Assembly (NCBI GenBank): GCA_963833305.1
Contig: CAWHXN010000008.1
Location: 171,572 to 235,571, forward strand
Origin: an uncultured Acidobacteriaceae bacterium
GTDB taxonomy: Bacteria; Acidobacteriota; Terriglobia; Terriglobales; Acidobacteriaceae
Length of the DNA: 64,000 nt
Direction of reading: 5' to 3'
The translations under genes and the position numbers were made by a program. Below are positions 7,962 through 16,945 of this stretch, piece after piece; position 1 is the stretch's first letter, and every line of letters starts with the position of its first letter. The notes beneath the pieces were generated by a model. That model did no database searches and had not been told where the DNA came from. It saw only the letters and a program-made list of their open reading frames with translations.

Positions 7962-9614
7962 ATGGCCTATATGGGTGGTGGGGTTCCCGGGAATCAGGAA
8001 GACTGGGAAAAAGAATACGGCCAGTACGTTACCCAGGGTCTGTCGGGGCTTACGCATTATCAACGAATGGCGATTTTGATGAGCGTGGGTCTGGTCACTG
8101 CCATCGAGATCTCCAACCGGCTGTCCATCAATGTCATCTTGCCCGACCTGCAAGGCAACGTGGCCGCCAGTTCCGACACCGTCAGCTGGGTGCTCATTCT
8201 CTACAATCTCGGCTTTCTCTGCTCGATAGCGCTTACCGCCTGGTTGACGCGGGTTTTTGGTGCACGCCGCCATTTCCTGCTGTGCATCGGACTTTACTCG
8301 CTAGGCGCTATCGGCTGCTTCCTCAGTCCACACAGCCTCACAACTCTGTTAGTCGCTCGCGTGGTGATGGGTTTCGGCGGGGGAGCATTTCTGGTGCGTA
8401 CCGTGATCCTGGCGGGATTGATGTTCCCCGGCCGATCGCGGCTGATCGCCGTGACCTGGCTTTATTGCGAGCTGGTTATCTTCCAGGTCGCTTACCCGGT
8501 ACTGATGGGAGCGATCGACGATGCCTTTCACTGGAATGTCGCCTTCCTGCTCGATTTTCCTTTTCTGATCCTGGGCGTCATTCTGATCTGGAAGTTTCTG
8601 CCTGGAGGACGCCTCACCCGTCCGAAAGGAAGTGCCGGTCTGGATCTTTGGGGCGCAGGCTTCCTGATCTCGGGTCTCGTCCTGTTTCAGGTTGCCGCCA
8701 GCCGCGGAGAGCGCGATCTCTGGCTGCAATCGCCACTGATCGTTGGCTGCCTGGCAGGCGCCGTTGTTTTCGCTTTTCTGTTTGTCTGGTGGGACAGCCG
8801 CCCCGGAAATGAAGACGTCGTCCTTCACCTGCGCACCATGTGGCGTCAGGTACCGTTGCGAACCTCCTTCTCGATCATCATGATTCTGGGCGCAATCATG
8901 GGGGCGGGGCTGTACGTCGTCCCGCAGTATCTTCGCCATGTGCAGGACTACAACGCGTCGCAGACGGGCGTGTTTATCTCCCTCTATTGCGGCGGACTGG
9001 GCATCGGCCTGCCCATCGCGCTCCGCATGCTGGTGCCTCGCTGGGGGGGCCGCAACACGGTTGCCGTGGGAATGCTCCTGCTGATCGCAACCTGCTTCAC
9101 GTTTCTCTATATCTGGACGCCCGACACGCCGGGAATCCTTCTAGGTCCGCTACTGTTCTTGCAGGGACTCTCGGTGGCGCCGGTGCTGGTAGGAGCGTCG
9201 AATGTGGCGACCTCGACGGCGGCGTTGGCCGATTTGAGCGAGGTCGATACGACGTACTTCTTCGTGCGGCAGTTGGGAAACACTCTGGGAGTCACGGCAG
9301 CTACCGTCATCTTCGATCATCGCATGACGTTCCACTCTTCCCGGTTGCTGGACAAGGCCAACGCGCTGGATCCGACGGTGCGGTCGACGCTGGCGCAGTA
9401 TGCTCACGTGATTGCCAGTCGCGGAGGAGGCCGCAGCAATCCCACGCTGGGCGCTCTGCAACTTTTTCAGGGGCAGGTAGTCACGCAGAGCGAACTGCTG
9501 TCATACATCGACGTGTATTTTTGCCTGGGTGCGGTGTGCGTCGTCGGACTGATTCTGCTGGCGGTTGCCCGTCTCAGGCGGGCCGAAGCCTCCCTGCGGT
9601 TTCATTTGTGGTGA
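7962..9614 (+). CDS. MFS transporter, DHA2/EmrB-like (about 14 TMS)
   Basis: 550 aa and highly hydrophobic. Third gene of the TolC-HlyD-MFS arrangement with short intergenic gaps (14 and 18 nt). Confidence 0.85.
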   Translation: MAYMGGGVPGNQEDWEKEYGQYVTQGLSGLTHYQRMAILMSVGLVTAIEISNRLSINVILPDLQGNVAASSDTVSWVLILYNLGFLCSIALTAWLTRVFGARRHFLLCIGLYSLGAIGCFLSPHSLTTLLVARVVMGFGGGAFLVRTVILAGLMFPGRSRLIAVTWLYCELVIFQVAYPVLMGAIDDAFHWNVAFLLDFPFLILGVILIWKFLPGGRLTRPKGSAGLDLWGAGFLISGLVLFQVAASRGERDLWLQSPLIVGCLAGAVVFAFLFVWWDSRPGNEDVVLHLRTMWRQVPLRTSFSIIMILGAIMGAGLYVVPQYLRHVQDYNASQTGVFISLYCGGLGIGLPIALRMLVPRWGGRNTVAVGMLLLIATCFTFLYIWTPDTPGILLGPLLFLQGLSVAPVLVGASNVATSTAALADLSEVDTTYFFVRQLGNTLGVTAATVIFDHRMTFHSSRLLDKANALDPTVRSTLAQYAHVIASRGGGRSNPTLGALQLFQGQVVTQSELLSYIDVYFCLGAVCVVGLILLAVARLRRAEASLRFHLW

Positions 9615-9772
9615 CGCCTGCTGCGGGAGGCCTTGCTGTCCGGCAGGCCTATCGAAGTTAACTTTGGATGAATTGCGGCTCGAATGTACACGGCGGCCCT
9701 TGTTTTTAAGTCGCACTCCGCCTAGGATTTTCTTCTCGCCACCCGCCGAGACTTACGAGAGGAAGGTTACTC

Positions 9773-12274
9773 ATGGATCCAAAGCCATTGCCAGAACCGA
9801 AAGTGCAGGTGGAAGACGATCGTACCGGAACCAGTGTCGAAACCCTGAAGCGCGCGATCCTCGACAATCTCTACTACGTCGTGGGCAAGACGCCGGAGGC
9901 GGCGACCGCCATCGACCATTACTCCGCCGTAGCCTATACCGTGCGGGATCGGATTCTGGCGCGATGGATTGCAACGCTGGAGAGCCTGGCCAGTCGCGAC
10001 GTTCGCATTGTCTCTTACTTGTCGGCGGAATACCTGGTAGGTCCTCACCTGGCTAACAGCCTACTCAACCTCGGGGTGGAAGCGCCGTTCCGGCAGGCCA
10101 TCAAGGAACTCAACCAGGATCTTAACCGCATCATCGATCAGGAGCAGGAGCCGGGCTTGGGCAACGGCGGACTGGGACGGCTGGCGGCGTGCTATATGGA
10201 ATCGATGTCGACCTTGGGCGTGCAAGCCATCGGCTACGGCATTCGTTATCAGTACGGCATCTTCCACCAGATCATTCAGGATGGCTGGCAGGTCGAGCTC
10301 ACGGATTACTGGTTGCGCTACGGCAACCCCTGGGAGATTCGCCGGCCGCAGGCTTCGGTCGACGTCGGCTACTTCGGACATACTGAAGCTTCGACCGATT
10401 CCAAGGGCGCTTATAAGGTTCGCTGGATCCCCCGCTCGATCGTCCGAGGAGTTCCGTATGACACTCCGGTTCTGGGATATCGCTCCGGAGTGGTGAACGA
10501 TATGCGGCTGTGGCGATCGGAAGCCACCGAGTCGTTCTACTTTGGACGCTTCAACAGCGGCGACTACCAGGGCGCGGTGGCCGACAAAGTTTTCGCGGAG
10601 AACATCACCAAAGTTCTTTATCCCAACGATGAAGAGATTCAGGGAAAAGAACTGCGCCTGCAGCAGCAATACTTCTTCACCTCCTGCTCGCTGCAAGACA
10701 TGATCCGTTTTCATCTTCTCTTCGGCCGGCCGCTGGAGAACTTCCACGAGAAGTGGGCCATCCAACTCAACGACACGCATCCCTCCATCGGCGTGGCCGA
10801 ACTGATGCGCCTGCTGATGGACGAGCACGGCATGGGCTGGGACCAGGCCTGGAACATCACCACCCACACGTTCAGTTTCACCAATCACACTTTGTTGCCC
10901 GAAGCCCTGGAACGCTGGCCGCTGCCTATGTTCGGCTCCTTGCTGCCGCGGCACCTCGAGATCATTTACGAAATCAACCGTCGATTTTTGGATGAGGTAC
11001 GTGCGAAGTATCCCGGCGACGAGGCCAGAGTCGCGCGCATGTCGCTAATCGACGAGCACGATCAGAAATATGTTCGCATGGCTTACCTGGCATGCGTGGG
11101 CAGCCACAAGGTGAACGGCGTTGCAGAACTGCACACCGAGTTGCTGAAGAAGCAGTTGTTCCACGATTTCTATGAGCTGTGGCCGGATAAGTTCATCAAC
11201 GTCACCAACGGTGTGACTCCGCGGCGGTGGATTGCGGTCAGCAATCCCGAGCAGACGGCGCTGGTGACCAGCAAGATTGGCGATGGCTGGATCGGCGATC
11301 TCGACCAGGTTCGTCAACTGGAAAAATTTGCGGACGATGCCGCGTTTCGCGCCGACTGGCGCAAGGTACAACGCGATGTGAAAGCGCGGCTGGGGCGTTA
11401 TATCAAAGCGAATAACGGCTTGACTGTCGATCCCGATTCCATGTTCGACAGCCAGGTGAAGCGCATTCACGAATACAAGCGGCAACACCTGAACGTGCTT
11501 CACATCATTACGCTCTATCAGCGTCTGAAAAATAATCCTAACCTGGAAATCACGCCGCGCACGTTTATCTTCGGAGGCAAAGCCGCTCCTGGATATTTCA
11601 TGGCCAAGCTCATCATCAAGCTCATTAACTCAGTGGGCGAGGTGGTGAACAACGATCCCGACGTGAAAAACCGGCTAAAAGTTGTTTTTCTCGACGACTA
11701 CGATGTCACCCTGGGTCAGAAGGTCTATCCTGCCGCCGACCTGAGCGAGCAAATTTCCACCGCGGGCAAGGAAGCTTCCGGCACCGGCAATATGAAATTT
11801 GCCATGAACGGCGCGCTCACCATCGGCACGCTGGACGGCGCCAACATCGAAATCAGGGATGCCGTAGGACACGAAAACTTTTTCCTGTTCGGGATGACGG
11901 CCGATCAGGTTCAGTCGGCACAGGCCGCCGGATATCATCCTTACCAGATCTACCAATCCAATCCGGTACTGCGTGCAGTGATCGATGGAATTTCGTCAGG
12001 ACAGTTCTCCCGAGGCGATCGCAATCTGTTCCGCCCGCTCCTCGATTCCCTGCTGTACCACGATTCTTACCTGTTGTTCGCCGACTACCAGTCTTACATC
12101 GATTGTCAGGACCGTGCAGCCAAGGTGCATCACGATCAGGAGCAGTGGTCCAAAATGTCGATCTTGAATGCGGCGCGCGTTGGCAAGTTCTCCTCTGACC
12201 GCTCGATTCGCGAATACTGCAAGAACGTCTGGACGGTATGCCAGACGCCGGCCGCGAAAGCGCAAGGAGCCTAG
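9773..12274 (+). CDS. glgP: glycogen/maltodextrin phosphorylase
   Basis: 833 aa with 'EPGLGNGGLGRLAAC', 'NDTHPSI' and the PLP-lysine motif 'EASGTGNMKFAMNGALTIGTLDGANIE'. Confidence 0.95.
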   Translation: MDPKPLPEPKVQVEDDRTGTSVETLKRAILDNLYYVVGKTPEAATAIDHYSAVAYTVRDRILARWIATLESLASRDVRIVSYLSAEYLVGPHLANSLLNLGVEAPFRQAIKELNQDLNRIIDQEQEPGLGNGGLGRLAACYMESMSTLGVQAIGYGIRYQYGIFHQIIQDGWQVELTDYWLRYGNPWEIRRPQASVDVGYFGHTEASTDSKGAYKVRWIPRSIVRGVPYDTPVLGYRSGVVNDMRLWRSEATESFYFGRFNSGDYQGAVADKVFAENITKVLYPNDEEIQGKELRLQQQYFFTSCSLQDMIRFHLLFGRPLENFHEKWAIQLNDTHPSIGVAELMRLLMDEHGMGWDQAWNITTHTFSFTNHTLLPEALERWPLPMFGSLLPRHLEIIYEINRRFLDEVRAKYPGDEARVARMSLIDEHDQKYVRMAYLACVGSHKVNGVAELHTELLKKQLFHDFYELWPDKFINVTNGVTPRRWIAVSNPEQTALVTSKIGDGWIGDLDQVRQLEKFADDAAFRADWRKVQRDVKARLGRYIKANNGLTVDPDSMFDSQVKRIHEYKRQHLNVLHIITLYQRLKNNPNLEITPRTFIFGGKAAPGYFMAKLIIKLINSVGEVVNNDPDVKNRLKVVFLDDYDVTLGQKVYPAADLSEQISTAGKEASGTGNMKFAMNGALTIGTLDGANIEIRDAVGHENFFLFGMTADQVQSAQAAGYHPYQIYQSNPVLRAVIDGISSGQFSRGDRNLFRPLLDSLLYHDSYLLFADYQSYIDCQDRAAKVHHDQEQWSKMSILNAARVGKFSSDRSIREYCKNVWTVCQTPAAKAQGA

Positions 12275-12355
12275 CCGGCCCCAAGACTTGAATCGCCGTC
12301 TCGATGTGGAGAGTCAGCCTTCGCATATTGGGCTGCGGAATGCCAGGCGCGGCGG

Positions 12356-12378
12356 TGCATTGCCAGACCGGCAATGCA
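12356..12378. terminator. GC hairpin between convergent genes (possible bidirectional terminator)
   Basis: 'tgcattgcc-agacc-ggcaatgca': perfect 9-bp stem with a 5-nt loop, between the glgP stop (12274) and the stop of the 834-aa gene (12394). No clear U-tract. Confidence 0.4.
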
Positions 12379-12393
12379 ACCAGACATTGAAAC

Positions 12394-14898
12394 TCACCGC
12401 GGCGGTTGCGGGAACAGTCGCCACAGCACCAGTCCTACAATGTAGGATGCGATCACAATGCCCAGCATCCACACCAGGCGTTTTTCGCTGCCCGGCTTCT
12501 TCTTGCTGGGCCGTTGCCAGGGCCTCAAGGTCCAAGCCGCCAGAGAAATAGCGGAGAGGCCGCCAAGCAGAACCACGGGTGGTCCCCAAGCCTGGTCAAA
12601 ACCGGGGAAGCGCCTGGTCAACATTTCGATGATCTGGGTTGCGTAAAGACCGACGACAAAGACTTCCAGCCACCGCAGCTTGCTCTGAAACTCCGCGACT
12701 GTCCTGGTCGATTCTGCGATGCTGCCGGCCTGCTCCTCCAGCTTGTCGCGCCGCAGAACTTCCGTGGCAGCCCGGTTTAGTTCGCGCATCGTTCGGAGCA
12801 ATTCGTCGAATCCGATTGCCTCGCAGAAACGCCGCAATAGGTCCCGGTCGGGCAAAGTCAGGTTATGTTTGACCTGCGCGGCACGTCGCTCTAGGTCTTC
12901 GCCTCTGGCAACGATCTTGTCCGCCGAATCCGTCGCGGTTTTCTGCCTCCCCGTGCGATGCTCGCCCGGAGCAGTTGACGATTGCGCGTGCGGAGCGAGT
13001 GTTTCGCCGTCTGCAATCAGCTGATCGATATCGCGTACCAAGGCAACCACACTGCCGAAGTCGTCACGAAGGCTGTCATCTTCGTCTTCCCGTTGCCGGC
13101 CGATCCCTGCTGCATCACTGACCGGCACATGTCTCGCGATGACGATACCTCGCTGTCCCCACACCCCAACGGAATCAGCCGTGATCACCAGGTGCCGTTG
13201 CTGAAAGTCGGGCGGCTTGTCGTAGGGCAAATCGGGATAGAGCACCTGCCAGAGAGTTTCCGCGATCTGTTCCGCCAGGCCGTGACGCGCCATGCCCCCA
13301 GCGGCGATGGGCACATCCGCTCGTAACCAGACGCTGCCAAAACGGAAAGACCTTTCGCGGGGTGAAGGACTGTCATGCAAAGCGTTCAAATCGAAATGTC
13401 GCGGCGCGGCGTCCGCCTCATTCTTCGCGCCCGACAAATCCGTCACCACAACCTGCGGACCCGACACCAGCGACTCCGCAAAGTAAATCGAATCCTCCAA
13501 CTCCGTGCGCACAGCCTCGGCGACCGGATCGTCACGCAGATCGCGACGCACTCCGGGCGGTCCGATCCTGGTCCCGCGATGGGGAGGGGCGACGATGGTC
13601 CCAAAGCAGTTGTGTCCGTCAAACCATGGGTCAGTGAACACCTGGCCCAACTCTCCCGGGCGTTTGTCGATATTGCGAAGTGAGCGGCCGGCCTCGAGCG
13701 ATCCCGATTGACCTGCCTCCTGCGTGCGCAACGCTTCCACTTCTTTGGTCTGCAACCGCGACCAAACCGTGTAAAGATGGCGCCCGTTCGCCCGTTCAGG
13801 ATCAATGGCGAAGGAGTAGTCGCTCTGGTTGACGGTGCCTGCGGACTGGCCGGAGCACGCGATTGCGGTAAATTCGAAACCTGCTCCCAGCGCAGAACTT
13901 TCCAGATCGAGGCGCGCCCATTCCTGGAAGAGCAGGCATTCCGGATCGCGCAAGTAAATACCGTCGGTGGGAATGCGGAAGGTATCGGCCAGCAGCAAGT
14001 GGTCGGTGTTGGTTTCCAGCGATTTGACTGGAACTTTTTCTTTCACTGGGGCAACGTCCTTTACGCTTTTGAAAAAGTTCGGGAATGGCGCTTCCGATTC
14101 CGGCAAGTACACGATCGACTTGCGCGCGCGCACGAGGTCGCGGTTGTAGGCCTCGACTTCGCGATCCAGCAATGCCAGTTCCGGCGCGAATTGGGAGCTG
14201 CCTTCCAGCACCGAATCGAACATCGGATTCAACTCGTTTTCCTGGAGCGAAGTCTTGACCTCGTCGAAGAATTCCCGGGCGCCGCTAGTGTCGTTCAGGT
14301 AGTCGCGGCCGCGCTTCAGAGCGGCGTACAGCAGCGAATGCAACGCGCGCTGCCTGGGACAAGCAATACGCCGGGCGTTGTCGACAACCGAGGCATAACT
14401 GGCGAGCAGCAGTGCCCAGCGATGTGCCGCAGGCGCCGCATCAATGTGGGGATCGAACCAGTCGATCTTGCGATGGCTGGGGCAATCGAGCCATCCGTCG
14501 TGATGCAATCCGTAGGGCTCCCAATCAACCGGCGCATCCGGTTCTTCCACGATCCAGCGCGCCAGATAGAGCGAGCAGAACGCATCGAAGTCCGGTTGCC
14601 TGTGCGTCACCAGCCATATGACTTCGCTCTGCTGCGTGGAAAATTTCTCACGAATCAACTTCGCTTTGTGCAGCACAGCCGCCGATGCCGACGGAAACTG
14701 GTTGTCCCGGGAAAAGTGATGATCGATGATCGACAGTGGCTCGTTGCGGTCCCAGCAGGTGCCACCCACGTCGGTGACCAACTCGTTCGCATACAACGTA
14801 CCTGGAGATTCCGTCGCGTTCTCCGCGCCCCGAATTCCGGGCGCGCCACTAAACACCGTTCCGAAATCAACGTATCGGTACCTGAATATCAAAGCCAT
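12394..14898 (-). CDS. hypothetical 834-aa membrane-anchored protein (N-terminal DHH-like motifs, coiled coil, C-terminal TM helices)
   Basis: Uninterrupted 834-aa ORF. 'VTDVGG', 'SIIDHHF' and 'VTHRQPDFDAFCS' in the first 110 aa. Coiled-coil-like Arg/Glu/Leu-rich segment. C-terminal hydrophobic helices 'WLEVFVVGLYATQIIEML', 'PPVVLLGGLSAISLAAWTL' and 'LVWMLGIVIASYIVGLVLWRLF'. Confidence 0.8.
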   Translation of the reverse strand: MALIFRYRYVDFGTVFSGAPGIRGAENATESPGTLYANELVTDVGGTCWDRNEPLSIIDHHFSRDNQFPSASAAVLHKAKLIREKFSTQQSEVIWLVTHRQPDFDAFCSLYLARWIVEEPDAPVDWEPYGLHHDGWLDCPSHRKIDWFDPHIDAAPAAHRWALLLASYASVVDNARRIACPRQRALHSLLYAALKRGRDYLNDTSGAREFFDEVKTSLQENELNPMFDSVLEGSSQFAPELALLDREVEAYNRDLVRARKSIVYLPESEAPFPNFFKSVKDVAPVKEKVPVKSLETNTDHLLLADTFRIPTDGIYLRDPECLLFQEWARLDLESSALGAGFEFTAIACSGQSAGTVNQSDYSFAIDPERANGRHLYTVWSRLQTKEVEALRTQEAGQSGSLEAGRSLRNIDKRPGELGQVFTDPWFDGHNCFGTIVAPPHRGTRIGPPGVRRDLRDDPVAEAVRTELEDSIYFAESLVSGPQVVVTDLSGAKNEADAAPRHFDLNALHDSPSPRERSFRFGSVWLRADVPIAAGGMARHGLAEQIAETLWQVLYPDLPYDKPPDFQQRHLVITADSVGVWGQRGIVIARHVPVSDAAGIGRQREDEDDSLRDDFGSVVALVRDIDQLIADGETLAPHAQSSTAPGEHRTGRQKTATDSADKIVARGEDLERRAAQVKHNLTLPDRDLLRRFCEAIGFDELLRTMRELNRAATEVLRRDKLEEQAGSIAESTRTVAEFQSKLRWLEVFVVGLYATQIIEMLTRRFPGFDQAWGPPVVLLGGLSAISLAAWTLRPWQRPSKKKPGSEKRLVWMLGIVIASYIVGLVLWRLFPQPPR

Positions 14899-15036
14899 TG
14901 CCCAACCTGGGTGGGTAACTCGTTCCTGCTAGGTCAATGATCTAGTATGCCACCGAGTTGGGAAGAAGCGAAAAACTTGGGTTGGCTGGTCGACGGCAGT
15001 GAGATCGCAGATGCCGGCAATGACGGCTCGGCGTTT

Positions 15037-16296
15037 CTAGTTCTTGCCCTCGGCAATTTGCAGATCGACAGCGGAACGTTCCCCGTTAATGACCACGGTG
15101 CCTGAATCCAGCAACTGCTGCCCGGTGCAGTCATAGCTGGCGAAGCAACGCATCATGCGCAAAGGAAAGAAAAATTCCACTGCCTCGACTTTCGACTCTC
15201 CGGCAAAGTGTATGGTGCTGCTGAAGTCCAACCCCTCGAATCCGGCGTCGGCTGGAAAGTAATCCAGCAAAGGACGAATCAGGTGCGAAACATGCTCATC
15301 GAAAGCCAGCGCCGCAAGCTTATAGCGCGAGCTAGTGTCGGGAACGTCCAGCGAAGTGCGGAAGGAAAGCTGCAAGTACGCGCCCTGTCGAAATCCTATG
15401 AACGTCGGCGATGCGTAGGGTAGGAAGTGTACCTCCGGCTCAAGGGCTTTCATCATTCGATCGATCGCGTCCTGGTTCTGGCGCTGAAGTCCGGTGAGCG
15501 TCTCCGGCGTAACGATTGGCATGGGCGTTGGCGAGGTCTTCAGCAGATGGCTGGAGACAGTAGGCGAAGCCGGCTCGCCGGCGCTTGTCGTCGCGCTTAC
15601 CGGCATCACGGTGGCCTGCACTACAGTTTGAGGAGCGCTTTTCTCCTTCCACTCCTCGGGCGGAGGGCCCTCCTGCAGCCACAGCGAGCAAGGCTGGCCA
15701 TTGAGAAAGACTTTGGCCTCCAGAATCGCAGCCTGCTTCTGGTCGTCCGTCTTGGCGTCTACAAACTTCTGCGCGACGGCCACTGGGATCACGACGGTAA
15801 CGTTCTCAGGCTCTTCAGAAGATATTCCCATGACCTTCTGCCTGACATGATGCGAAACCTCGATGGCAAACGCGGAAAATTCCGAGTCATCGGGAAAGTG
15901 CGCTACCTCGGCTTGTAGAATCGGGATTATGACTCTCTCGAAAGTTTCCTTCAGCCGCGCATACGAATCCATGCGGTCGGCAGCATAGGCAGCATAGTAG
16001 TTGCCCGTGATCTCCAACACGGTCTGGTTCTTGTAAATATCGAAACGAATCGAGCGCTGATCAGCCGCCTGCATCCGGGCAAGATCGACATCGAGCACGC
16101 GGCTGAAATAAAACGGATAGGGAAACTTGTGCTGTCCAATTTCCGTACCGATCGCCATCAACGTCTTCAGGTGCTTCTGCTGCAAGTGTTGTGCCTTGGG
16201 ATCGGGCAGCTCCATCGGCATCATGACCTGTGCGCAGAGCGAGAGCCCCGATGCCATCACCACCAGTAGCCCCGATAATCGCAGAAACAATTTCAT
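15037..16296 (-). CDS. hypothetical secreted protein, apparent two-domain internal duplication
   Basis: Signal peptide 'MKLFLRLSGLLVVMASGLSLCAQ'. Two roughly 170-aa halves with similar pattern, separated by a Pro/Thr/Ser-rich linker. Lies 36 nt downstream of the cupredoxin gene. Confidence 0.7.
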   Translation of the reverse strand: MKLFLRLSGLLVVMASGLSLCAQVMMPMELPDPKAQHLQQKHLKTLMAIGTEIGQHKFPYPFYFSRVLDVDLARMQAADQRSIRFDIYKNQTVLEITGNYYAAYAADRMDSYARLKETFERVIIPILQAEVAHFPDDSEFSAFAIEVSHHVRQKVMGISSEEPENVTVVIPVAVAQKFVDAKTDDQKQAAILEAKVFLNGQPCSLWLQEGPPPEEWKEKSAPQTVVQATVMPVSATTSAGEPASPTVSSHLLKTSPTPMPIVTPETLTGLQRQNQDAIDRMMKALEPEVHFLPYASPTFIGFRQGAYLQLSFRTSLDVPDTSSRYKLAALAFDEHVSHLIRPLLDYFPADAGFEGLDFSSTIHFAGESKVEAVEFFFPLRMMRCFASYDCTGQQLLDSGTVVINGERSAVDLQIAEGKN

Positions 16297-16332
16297 GGTC
16301 TGAAATCCGTTTGTTGCAGAACGGTCCGGCGC

Positions 16333-16908
16333 CTACTTCGCCAGACTGAAATCCACTTTGCCGATTCCGCTAACGTCTACCGGCTTGGTTTGCACTTTCG
16401 ATCCCTCGTGCCACGCGACCACGTTGTACTTGCCATCGGGAACGTTGTCGATCTTGAAGTTGCCGTTGGCGTCCGTCTCGGCGAAGTAGGGCGTGGGGCT
16501 GACGACGATGTAGGCCGACATCTCGGGGTGAACATTGCACAGCAGCGGCACGACGCCCGCCTGTTCAAAGGTAAACGCGCGCTTGTCGCCCTTGGGCCAA
16601 GTGCCCAGGTTGTGTCCTTCCTTCTTGTTGCCTCCGATGGATGGCCAGAAAACATTGTGCTGCACCGAATCGTTGTTCTGAAATTCAACCGTTGTCCCCC
16701 GCTGCACCACCAGCAGATGCGGGTTGAATGTGAGGGATTGTTGACTGAGTAAGGGTTTCTGCGAAGGCGCCGGGAACGTCTTCCCCTGGATGGCGTCAAC
16801 GTAAACGACGGATTTCCCGGGCGACACCTTTCCCTCGATAGTGCCCGCTACCGCCGTTACGGTGATGGCGGTGATCAGCAACAACGTAGTTAGTGGATTG
16901 CGTATCAT
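16333..16908 (-). CDS. secreted cupredoxin-like (type-1 copper) protein with C-terminal carboxypeptidase-regulatory-like beta-sandwich
   Basis: Signal 'MIRNPLTTLLLITAITVTAVA' behind RBS AGAGGAAA. 'VQHNVFW' plus 'CNVHPEM' give an H...C-x2-H-x2-M ligand pattern, as in amicyanin-type blue copper sites. 'ETDANGNFKIDNVPDGKYNVVAWHEG' is CarboxypepD_reg-like. Confidence 0.65.
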   Translation of the reverse strand: MIRNPLTTLLLITAITVTAVAGTIEGKVSPGKSVVYVDAIQGKTFPAPSQKPLLSQQSLTFNPHLLVVQRGTTVEFQNNDSVQHNVFWPSIGGNKKEGHNLGTWPKGDKRAFTFEQAGVVPLLCNVHPEMSAYIVVSPTPYFAETDANGNFKIDNVPDGKYNVVAWHEGSKVQTKPVDVSGIGKVDFSLAK

Positions 16909-16945
16909 GTGCGATTTCCTCTTTTCTGATTTGCTAGTCCGGCCG

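Noticed and set aside
13708-14940. 410-aa plus-strand ORF
   Set aside because: Antisense to the intact 834-aa gene, with no motifs. The minus-strand frame has the coherent hydrophobic and charged domain structure.
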